Assembly: GCA_038884975.1 (NCBI GenBank)
Contig: JAWAAW010000003.1
Span: 19,502-83,501, forward strand
Source: Candidatus Woesearchaeota archaeon
GTDB taxonomy: Archaea > Nanobdellota > Nanobdellia > Woesearchaeales > ARS49
DNA: 64,000 bases
Direction of reading: 5' to 3'
This document shows, one piece after another, positions 30,621 to 38,302 of this stretch. A program made the translations under genes and the position numbers. Each line of letters opens with the position of its first letter. Position 1 is the stretch's first letter. The notes under the pieces are model-generated. The model worked only from the letters and a program-made list of their open reading frames with translations. It was not told the origin of the DNA and made no database searches.

Positions 30621-32226
30621 TATTGTTCTTTAGGATAACAATTTGGTCGTTTTGGAATACTGGGGTTGCATTATGATTTATGATAACGCTTCCAAGCTGT
30701 GCAGCAATCTGAACAAGTTGTGGTGCGTATGCGCTCTGGCGGTCAACAACATAATAATCAAAACCGCAAATGTCCATCGGAGCACCAAATATGGTCAAGT
30801 TCTGTTCTTTTCCATAAAATCCAAAGTCAAAAAGGTTTTTGCGGTAAATCAAATACATCTCACTCACCAGGATCGGCTCTGTCTTTATCATACGGCGAAA
30901 TCTTCCTTCCTGAGCCATTGCAACAAAGTCATTCGGGTCCAACAGGAAGACCAATCGCTGAATCAGCCTCAGACTCTGGCTATAGCCGTCGCCATACAAG
31001 AAAAGTATTCTTGACCGTTCAGGGGTGTTTTGCTCAACCCACTTAAAACCTTCCCACTGACCGTCATAAATCATGTCAGGATGCATTGGCATATGGTAAG
31101 AATGTACAAAAAAAGCAGCAATGGCTAAAGCAAGTATTGCGGGGACAATGACACCTCCCTTGTGGAATTGCTTAAGCACAAAATAAACAGCAATGCCGAA
31201 AAAAAGGGCAAGATATATTGGCCATAGGAACCTTGTTTGGAATGCGCGGTAATGCAATCCAATGTAGTTTGAAAGCCCTACAAGGAGCATGAATCCCAGT
31301 GCAAGGAGCGCAGTATGAGGTTCTTTGCGAACAAGAAGCAAGGCAAGCATTGCGCCTATTATTATTGCCCACATTGCAAACATTTTGAAATCATTCAATG
31401 GCGGAACCTGAATTGCGCCGAATTCCTCAGGACTCATTGGCCTTAATGACGTATATGCTTCGCCCGTAATCTTATAGTAACCATTGTAAAATATGATTAA
31501 GTAATTGAAAGAGAGTGCAAGCGCAAGAATTGTGGCAAAACCAAGCTGTTTAAGCCACCATTTCAGCTCTGATTTTGTAAGCTTTTTCAGCAAGAACTTG
31601 ACTGCAAGAAAGAATACTACAAACCCATAAAAAAATATTGCTTCGCTGGTGTGCGTGCTCATCACTGCGCCAATAAGTATCCCTGCAGGAACCCACCAGT
31701 GCTTAAGTTCAGGCCTGCTCATCATAAAGAAGAGCGCGATAAGGAAAAAGCTGCCTCCATAAAGAAGAGCTTCGCCCCACGTATAACCAATGATAAATTT
31801 GTAAACGTAAAGGAACACAAAAAGCGGCGCTGCAAGCATTGCGACAGACTTGTTATAACTTCTTATTAGCCAATAAACAATGAAGGCGCCAAAAATCGCA
31901 CACAATGCCATAATGAGCGATAATGCATCGTGCGCTTTCAAGCCACTAATGTGAGAAAATGCGGCAGTAATATGCATCATTAGTGGCGGATGATACGCTA
32001 TTGAGTCATTAAAGCCTGCAACGCTGTAGAAAGGGTTATAACGGAAGTTTCCTGTCTCAGCAACATGCCGCGTCAGCATCACGTACAAAAACCCATCAGT
32101 TGCGCCAAACTGCACTGGCTTTTCGTGTTTGAGCTGATGCTGAAAAACCTCTCCAGGACCAATGTAAAGAAGGCAGCCAAAAACAATTATCAGGAAAATA
32201 ATCTCAATAAGGTTTTCTCGGTTCAT
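30595..32226 (-). CDS. GT-C-like polytopic membrane protein
   Basis: 543 aa, multi-TM. C-terminal domain ...QIVILKNNNVGGECIA is paralogous to the protein at 27958..29568. Confidence 0.55.
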   Translation of the reverse strand: MNRENLIEIIFLIIVFGCLLYIGPGEVFQHQLKHEKPVQFGATDGFLYVMLTRHVAETGNFRYNPFYSVAGFNDSIAYHPPLMMHITAAFSHISGLKAHDALSLIMALCAIFGAFIVYWLIRSYNKSVAMLAAPLFVFLYVYKFIIGYTWGEALLYGGSFFLIALFFMMSRPELKHWWVPAGILIGAVMSTHTSEAIFFYGFVVFFLAVKFLLKKLTKSELKWWLKQLGFATILALALSFNYLIIFYNGYYKITGEAYTSLRPMSPEEFGAIQVPPLNDFKMFAMWAIIIGAMLALLLVRKEPHTALLALGFMLLVGLSNYIGLHYRAFQTRFLWPIYLALFFGIAVYFVLKQFHKGGVIVPAILALAIAAFFVHSYHMPMHPDMIYDGQWEGFKWVEQNTPERSRILFLYGDGYSQSLRLIQRLVFLLDPNDFVAMAQEGRFRRMIKTEPILVSEMYLIYRKNLFDFGFYGKEQNLTIFGAPMDICGFDYYVVDRQSAYAPQLVQIAAQLGSVIINHNATPVFQNDQIVILKNNNVGGECIA

Positions 32227-33320
32227 TCCACTGCCCTCAAAGCATCATTGACACTAATTCTTTTTATGCATTCGTGATTATCAGGACACTTGATAAGCAT
32301 TCCGTCAATATAGCAGGGCTTTTTGTTTGGATGCTTCCACAGGTACTTGTCTTTTGGTCCTCTTGGAGCAAGCTTTATGGGGTCTGTAGGGCCAAAGATT
32401 GCCGTTACCGGCGTATTTACTGCTGATGCGATGTGCATTAAGCCAGAGTCATTGCAGACAAGGCGCCTGCACCTCTTGATAAGCGCGGCTGTTTTTCTCA
32501 AGGATGTTTTTCCTGTGGCATCAACAGCATTTGGAACTCGCTCTTTTACGATTTCTGCAGCATCAATGTCATCAGGGCCACCAACAAGAAGTATCTGAAA
32601 GCCGCGCTTTGAAAGCCTCTCAGCCAGTTTAGCAAACCTTTCAGCAGGCCATCGCTTGATGTTCAAGGTCATTCCCGGATTTTTTGCACCACCAGGAGCA
32701 ATGGCAATTGTTCTGGCAGGATTGAGTTTGTGCTTCCTGAAAAACATTCTTGCAAACCTTTCCTCATCATTAGTTAGAAATAGCTCAATTTCTTTCTGAC
32801 AAATGCTTTTTGAACCCACAACCCTTGCAATTTCCAGATAGGAATCCACATCGTGCATGCGTTTCCCATAAGGCGCGTTAAGCGTGTTCGGGAAACCCTC
32901 GCCATTGCGGTCAAATCCAATTCTTATTGGAACTTTACAAAGCGTTCCAAACATGTTAGCAAGATAAGAAAAATCAAGAATAATCATCAAGTCATATTTC
33001 TCATTCCTTATCTTTCTGGCAATATTATTTATTGCAATCAGGTTTTTCTTGTAGAAAGGACGCTCATTAAAAGAAATTACCCTGTCAATATGCGGGTTGT
33101 TCTCAAGGACGGGTGCAGACCACTCACCCACCCAATAATCAATCCTTGCCCTTGAAAATCTCTTCCTCAATGCTCTTAGTAGAGGGGTCGTCATTAAGAC
33201 ATCACCGATAGCACCAGTCTTGAAAATGCAGATTTTTCTGACCATGCTAAAATCAGGCATTTTAGCAGGCAAGATTTTCCTTATCCTACTGCCTATTCCA
33301 ACAATTGCGCGCTTTATCAT
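32223..33320 (-). CDS. Glycosyltransferase family 9 (heptosyltransferase-like)
   Basis: ICIFKTGAIGDVLMTTPLLRALRKRFSRARIDY, RWPAERFAKLAERL and NDSGLMHIASAVNTPVTAIFGPTDP are all GT9 signature blocks. Confidence 0.85.
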   Translation of the reverse strand: MIKRAIVGIGSRIRKILPAKMPDFSMVRKICIFKTGAIGDVLMTTPLLRALRKRFSRARIDYWVGEWSAPVLENNPHIDRVISFNERPFYKKNLIAINNIARKIRNEKYDLMIILDFSYLANMFGTLCKVPIRIGFDRNGEGFPNTLNAPYGKRMHDVDSYLEIARVVGSKSICQKEIELFLTNDEERFARMFFRKHKLNPARTIAIAPGGAKNPGMTLNIKRWPAERFAKLAERLSKRGFQILLVGGPDDIDAAEIVKERVPNAVDATGKTSLRKTAALIKRCRRLVCNDSGLMHIASAVNTPVTAIFGPTDPIKLAPRGPKDKYLWKHPNKKPCYIDGMLIKCPDNHECIKRISVNDALRAVE

Positions 33321-34264
33321 TACAATTCCTGCCTTAGCTCTTCTGCGCTTACGCTCGCAGTACCAATCTTGCCAACCTTTATTCCTGCTGCCTGATTTGC
33401 AATGATTGAGGCGTCCTCAAGCGATGCGCCGCTCACAAAAGCCAGAGCAAATGCCGCAAGGAAAGTGTCTCCGGCACCAGTAACATCAAAAACCTGCTTT
33501 GCCTTTGTCGGAATATGAGTAGTGGTCCCCTCTTTGCCAAAAATGCTGACGCCTTTTGCACCACGCGTGATTATCACGTGAGAATTAAGGTCTTGAACAA
33601 GCCTCTTGCCAATTTCCTCAATCTGGTCACCGTTGTGTTCCTCAACACCCACAAGCTCACACGCTTCCTTATTATTCGTCTTAACAACAGTGGCGCCAGC
33701 ATAATTAATCTGCCTCCTTGGCTTGACGTCAACAAATACAGGCACTTTTAGAGCCTCAGCCAGATGAAGGATGTCATTGTACAATTGCTGGGTAATAATC
33801 CCTTTTGCATAGTCAGAAATTATTATCCCATCGCAAGGGGTGTCCTTGATGACGTCAAGAATCTTCTTGCCAGTCTCGTCATCAATCGGGTGCTTGTATT
33901 CATAATCAATACGTGCGAGCTGTTGTTTAATCCCCATTACCCTGATTTTCGTGGTCGTGGGGCGATTATCAAGAATGAGTTGGGAGGCAATCCCGCGCTG
34001 TTCAAGCTCTTTTATCAAGATGTCCTTGTGCATGTCGTCTCCAACCATTCCAACAAGCACTGCCCTGCCTCCAAGCGAGACGATATTGTTCGCAGCATTT
34101 GCGGCACCGCCAGGAGCATAAGTCTCGCTTTGCACTTCAACAACAGGAACAGGCGCTTCTGGAGAAACCCTTGAAACATTCCCCCAAATATACCTGTCAA
34201 GCATGACATCGCCAAGGACAAGAATTGTTTTTTCTTTAAACCGGTCAATTATTGATTTGTCCAT
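33320..34264 (-). CDS. hldA: D-glycero-beta-D-manno-heptose-7-phosphate kinase (HldE domain I / HldA-like, PfkB family)
   Basis: ILVLGDVMLDRYIWGNVSRVSPEAPVPVV almost matches the RfaE domain I signature, and the C-terminus has DVTGAGDTF. Confidence 0.85.
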   Translation of the reverse strand: MDKSIIDRFKEKTILVLGDVMLDRYIWGNVSRVSPEAPVPVVEVQSETYAPGGAANAANNIVSLGGRAVLVGMVGDDMHKDILIKELEQRGIASQLILDNRPTTTKIRVMGIKQQLARIDYEYKHPIDDETGKKILDVIKDTPCDGIIISDYAKGIITQQLYNDILHLAEALKVPVFVDVKPRRQINYAGATVVKTNNKEACELVGVEEHNGDQIEEIGKRLVQDLNSHVIITRGAKGVSIFGKEGTTTHIPTKAKQVFDVTGAGDTFLAAFALAFVSGASLEDASIIANQAAGIKVGKIGTASVSAEELRQEL

Positions 34265-34318
34265 GAGCCCCCGACGGAACGAGCAGGAACTGCTTTAAAA
34301 AACTATCGCGCAACTTGC

Positions 34319-34813
34319 CTATTTCCTTGCTGCAGAATTGTAAATCCTGTTAATGATGTTTGTTGTGGAGTCAGGACGGAATGAGACTATCCTTACTTCC
34401 CCACCGTGCTTTCTTACAATTGGTGTTTCAACCATTTTTTCAGGATCATAATCATCACCCTTCACGTGAACGTGCGGCTTCACCTGCTCAAGAAAAGCGC
34501 GCGGGTCTGTCTCGTTGAAAATAGCAACATAATCAACCATTTCAAGAGCAGCAAGAATCTCAGCACGCTGGTCCTGCGGAAACACAGGCCTTGTCGGACC
34601 CTTCAACTTGCGTGTTGACTCATCAGAATTAATACCAACAAAAAGAACGTCACCTTGCTGCTTGGCGAGCTTGAGAAATCCCACATGACCTATGTGCATC
34701 AAGTCAAAAATGCCATTAGTAGTAACTATTTTCTTACCCTGCTTTTTCAGTTCCTCAGATACTTTTGCAAGTTCTTCCCACGAAATAACTTTTCCCATGC
34801 GCAGAACAAGCAA
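34319..34813 (-). CDS. hldC: D-beta-D-heptose 1-phosphate adenylyltransferase (HldE domain II / HldC-like)
   Basis: KIVTTNGIFDLMHIGHVGFL...VGINSDESTRKLKGPTRPV is the cytidylyltransferase-fold HxGH motif and matches the HldE C-terminal domain. Confidence 0.85.
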   Translation of the reverse strand: MLVLRMGKVISWEELAKVSEELKKQGKKIVTTNGIFDLMHIGHVGFLKLAKQQGDVLFVGINSDESTRKLKGPTRPVFPQDQRAEILAALEMVDYVAIFNETDPRAFLEQVKPHVHVKGDDYDPEKMVETPIVRKHGGEVRIVSFRPDSTTNIINRIYNSAARK

Positions 34814-34845
34814 TTCCCGCTTTAAAAAGCTAATGGATTACTTGT

Positions 34846-35412
34846 TTATTTTGCAAATGCAGAATCAATAAGCTTGCACCAAACGTGAATTATCATGGTG
34901 TGGCATTCCTGAATCCTTGCTGTAATGCCTGAAGGAATAATTATGCAGTCTGGCAAGCACTTCATTTTTCCACCATCCCTGCCGGTGAGACCAATAATTT
35001 CCATTCCCCTGTTTTTTGCAGCATCTATTGCTTTCAGGATGTTTGGAGAGTTTCCTGAAGTGGAGATCGCAACAAGAACATCACCTTTGTTGCCCAATGC
35101 GTCTATCTGCCGTGCAAATACAGAATCAAATCCATAATCATTCCCTCCTGCACTGAGACTGCTCGTGTCTGTTGTCAATGCAATTGCAGGAAGGGCGCGG
35201 CGTTCCTTTTCAAACCTTACAACAAGCTCTGCTGCAAAGTGCTGAGAGTCAGCTGCAGAGCCGCCATTGCCGCACACAAGGATTTTATTGCCATTCTTCA
35301 GGGCAGCTATCAGAACGCTTGCTGTCTTTTCTATGGACGGAACCAGCTTGGCAAGAACTTCCTGCTTCGTACTGATTGAGTCCTGAATTTGTTGCCTAAT
35401 AATGTCTTGCAT
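34846..35412 (-). CDS. gmhA: Phosphoheptose isomerase (sedoheptulose-7-phosphate isomerase, SIS domain)
   Basis: ILVCGNGGSAADSQHFAAEL...ISTSGNSPNILKAIDAAK is collinear with GmhA. The ATG at 35412 (MQDIIRQQ) is the preferred start; the ORF track extends to 35445. Confidence 0.85.
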   Translation of the reverse strand: MQDIIRQQIQDSISTKQEVLAKLVPSIEKTASVLIAALKNGNKILVCGNGGSAADSQHFAAELVVRFEKERRALPAIALTTDTSSLSAGGNDYGFDSVFARQIDALGNKGDVLVAISTSGNSPNILKAIDAAKNRGMEIIGLTGRDGGKMKCLPDCIIIPSGITARIQECHTMIIHVWCKLIDSAFAK

Positions 35413-36511
35413 GCAACAACCTCCTTGCCTTTTGCAATACATCATCCACGCTGATTAATGACATGTGCCTATGACCTTTGCAGTCAGGAATCTGTCCCTT
35501 GTGCACGTTAATGCACGGCCTAGGCAGGACAGGCTTGTAAACAAAATCATTACCAGGACCATAAGGAGCCCAGCGCACAGGCGTGTTTGGACAGTAAAGC
35601 CCAAGCGTGGGAGTTCCCATTGCTGCAGAAATATGCACAGGACCAGAATCATTGCTAATCGTGAGAGCAGCCCGGGAGACCATAGCTGCCTGCTGCTTCA
35701 AATTAAGCTCGTAAGCATCTGATACTGGAGGATGCTTCATTTTACTCGCAACAGCATCAACAAATTCCTTTTCTGAACGACCGCTCATAAGGACAATCTT
35801 AACAAGAAACTCCTTTACAAGGGCGTCTCCCACAGCGGCAAAACGCTCAGGAGCCCAGATTCTTCCGCGTGACGATGCGCCTGCTGCAGGGCAAAGAACC
35901 ACAAACCTGTCGCCTGGCTTGATTCCGCGCTCCTTCAGGAACAGGGCTGCCTTTTTTTTGTCATCAGCACTCACTGCCAGCGGAACAAGACGTTCAGGAA
36001 CGTGAGTCACGCCAAGAGGACCCATAAGGTCAATGTACGTCCTGACCATGTGCTGGTTGTCATTGAAAATAACCCTGTCGGTGTAAAGAAGATGTCTTAT
36101 GCTATGCGAAAATCCGACACGACGCTTTCCAAGCCACCACGCAAGAAGAGCAGACTCGTTCAAGTAAGGCTCTGCATCAACAACAACATCATACCTCCTG
36201 AGCCTTGGAATAAGAGCCAATAATCCTTTTGGTTCTGCGCTCATTATGCTGTCAATGAATTTCAAGCCCTCAAAAACGCTCTTGACGCGGTCCCTGCAAA
36301 GAACATCAATCCTTGCCTTTGGGTATTTTCTCCTGAGCTCCTTAATTGCTGGCAACAAGACAATGCTGTCGCCCAAAGCCCACAGTTTTATTACGAGTAT
36401 TTTTCCTGTCGTGAGCTTTGATTTTGGAAACAGCAATGAAAAAAACCAGATAGGCAGTATTAGGACTGCGCCAATTATACGGTCAATCCAGCGAAGAATT
36501 GCAGTCTTCAT
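35396..36511 (-). CDS. Glycosyltransferase family 9 (heptosyltransferase-like)
   Basis: ILVIKLWALGDSIVLLPAIKELRRKYPKARIDVL and TISNDSGPVHISAAMGTPTLGLY are GT9 blocks. Confidence 0.85.
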   Translation of the reverse strand: MKTAILRWIDRIIGAVLILPIWFFSLLFPKSKLTTGKILVIKLWALGDSIVLLPAIKELRRKYPKARIDVLCRDRVKSVFEGLKFIDSIMSAEPKGLLALIPRLRRYDVVVDAEPYLNESALLAWWLGKRRVGFSHSIRHLLYTDRVIFNDNQHMVRTYIDLMGPLGVTHVPERLVPLAVSADDKKKAALFLKERGIKPGDRFVVLCPAAGASSRGRIWAPERFAAVGDALVKEFLVKIVLMSGRSEKEFVDAVASKMKHPPVSDAYELNLKQQAAMVSRAALTISNDSGPVHISAAMGTPTLGLYCPNTPVRWAPYGPGNDFVYKPVLPRPCINVHKGQIPDCKGHRHMSLISVDDVLQKARRLLHARHY

Positions 36512-36846
36512 TTGCGCCTTGGCAGCCTCACTGCAACCTCCCTAACAAGTTTTGTTATTTCCTGACTCTGCTTTTCCTGATTCACATAAATCCTGAACAC
36601 AAGATAAAAGAGCAGAAGGATGCTGATGTAAACAGCAAGGTCAATCGGCCTGCTAATTCCAAAAAACTTGGAAACAATGTCTGCTGTCTGAGGCAAAAGG
36701 ACAGTAGTAATAACTGCAGCCCAAATTATTGTCCAAAAGCTGAACTCACCAATTGAAATCTCCCTGTCTCTCAAACGGAGAATTGCCCTGCTCCACGCAA
36801 ACAATGCAAAAATCACAACAATGACCTGCAATGGGGTAATATTCAT
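36508..36846 (-). CDS. Small 3-TM membrane protein (DUF2304-like family often found next to GT2 genes)
   Basis: 112 aa, three hydrophobic helices and a basic C-terminal tail. Immediately downstream of a GT2 gene, 4-nt overlap. Confidence 0.45.
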   Translation of the reverse strand: MNITPLQVIVVIFALFAWSRAILRLRDREISIGEFSFWTIIWAAVITTVLLPQTADIVSKFFGISRPIDLAVYISILLLFYLVFRIYVNQEKQSQEITKLVREVAVRLPRRK

Positions 36847-36850
36847 TTTT

Positions 36851-37537
36851 TCACCTCAACAAAAACTTTTTCATAATCATATTGTACAGGATGCGGCATC
36901 CTTCTGCAAAGGAACCATGACCCTTTCTTAATGTTTCTTCTGTGTAGCGGATTACAACAGGAACCTCCTTATACTTGAGATTGTTCCTGCGCACTTCCTC
37001 AACAATTTCTGACGCGTGGGCCATGCGGTCAGAAGTAATCTTGATTTTTTCAGCAGCATTTCTTGAAATTGCTCGGAAGCCATTGTGCGCGTCAGTCATT
37101 TTGACACCATAAAACAACCAAAGAACAAGAACGCCTATTTTGAGAAGAATTTTCCTGACAAAAGGAATACCAGAATCCTTTTTGAGAAACCTTGAACCAA
37201 AAGTAACGTCCACCTCACCACTCACAACAGGCTTTATGACAGCAGGAATGTCCTCAACACGATGCTGACCGTCAGCATCAAAAGTAACAATAACATCCGC
37301 ACCTTGCTCCAGAGCATAATCAATTCCCGTCTTTAATGCAGCTCCCTGTCCCCTGTTGACAATATGTTGCAATACTGTCGCGCCTGCACTCAGAGCAGCA
37401 TCGAATGTTTTGTCTTTGCTGCCATCATCAATAACAACCACGTTCTTGTATCCTGCACTGTGAAGTTCTTTCACTACATCAGAAATAGAATTCTCCTCAT
37501 TATATGCTGCAATCACGATAAAAACATTGTTTCCCAT
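36851..37537 (-). CDS. Glycosyltransferase family 2
   Basis: VFIVIAAYNEENSI...VVVIDDGSKDKT. The ATG at 37537 lies about 28 nt from a TTTATTAA box at 37562-37569. The ORF track starts at a TTG (37543). Confidence 0.85.
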   Translation of the reverse strand: MGNNVFIVIAAYNEENSISDVVKELHSAGYKNVVVIDDGSKDKTFDAALSAGATVLQHIVNRGQGAALKTGIDYALEQGADVIVTFDADGQHRVEDIPAVIKPVVSGEVDVTFGSRFLKKDSGIPFVRKILLKIGVLVLWLFYGVKMTDAHNGFRAISRNAAEKIKITSDRMAHASEIVEEVRRNNLKYKEVPVVIRYTEETLRKGHGSFAEGCRILYNMIMKKFLLR

Positions 37538-37554
37538 TGCCAAAAAAAGAGCAG

Positions 37555-37575
37555 AAGTTGGTTTATTAAGATTGT
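37555..37575 (-). promoter_or_regulatory. Recurrent promoter motif (TTAATCCACAATC-TTAATAAA) for a leaderless GT2 gene
   Basis: The plus strand reads ggtttattaagattgtggattaac. The element is shared with 17975-17992, 22446-22463 and 10721-10745. Confidence 0.4.
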
Positions 37576-37587
37576 GGATTAACAGGA

Positions 37588-38298
37588 CTACTTGAATATT
37601 TTTCTTATTTTGTACGCATACAGGAATGCTATCTGCCTAAGGTAGTCTAAGTTTGTTTTCCATGTCATCTTGCTCTTGTCAAACGCGCGATGGACAAAGA
37701 CATAAGGCACTTCCTTAATTTTGTTGTTATGCTTTCCCCTGACCATAACCTCAAGACCTAACTTGTAACCAATAGTCCTTACTTTGACTCCTTTCAGGAC
37801 TTCTGGCTTAATAAACAAAAAACCACTCATTGTATCCCTAACGTTGGTAAGGGGCTTTGCAAGCAAGCGGGCAACCCAGGAAATAAATCGCCTGTGCAAA
37901 GCCCAGCCCTTGACACCGCCGCCTTTGACAAGCCTGCTTCCAACAGCAACAAGATATCCATCATCAGTAATTGCCCTGACAAGGTCTGGAATAAGCTCAG
38001 GGCTGTGCTGAAGGTCAGCATCAATCCATCCAACAACATCGCCCTTTGAGTGATTGAAGCCGTGAAGCATTGCTGAACTCAATCCGCGTTCATTGGTTCT
38101 GAGAAATACACGTACGTTGTATTTTTTTGAAAGTTTTTTCGCAATTTCATAAGTGCCGTCTGAAGAATTGTCATCAACAACAATGCATTCATAATGCATT
38201 CTTGCCTTTTGCATTGCTTTATCAATTCTGGGAATTAGAAGGGGCAGGTTTCTTGACTCATTATAAGTCGGAATCACAATGGAGACCAGTTTTGCCAT
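37588..38298 (-). CDS. GT2 polyprenyl/dolichyl-phosphate mannose/glucose synthase-like (DPM1-like)
   Basis: LVSIVIPTYNESRNLPLL...CIVVDDNSSDGT...GWIDADLQHSP are classic DPM1/ALG5-like motifs. Confidence 0.85.
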   Translation of the reverse strand: MAKLVSIVIPTYNESRNLPLLIPRIDKAMQKARMHYECIVVDDNSSDGTYEIAKKLSKKYNVRVFLRTNERGLSSAMLHGFNHSKGDVVGWIDADLQHSPELIPDLVRAITDDGYLVAVGSRLVKGGGVKGWALHRRFISWVARLLAKPLTNVRDTMSGFLFIKPEVLKGVKVRTIGYKLGLEVMVRGKHNNKIKEVPYVFVHRAFDKSKMTWKTNLDYLRQIAFLYAYKIRKIFK

Positions 38299-38302
38299 TT
38301 TT

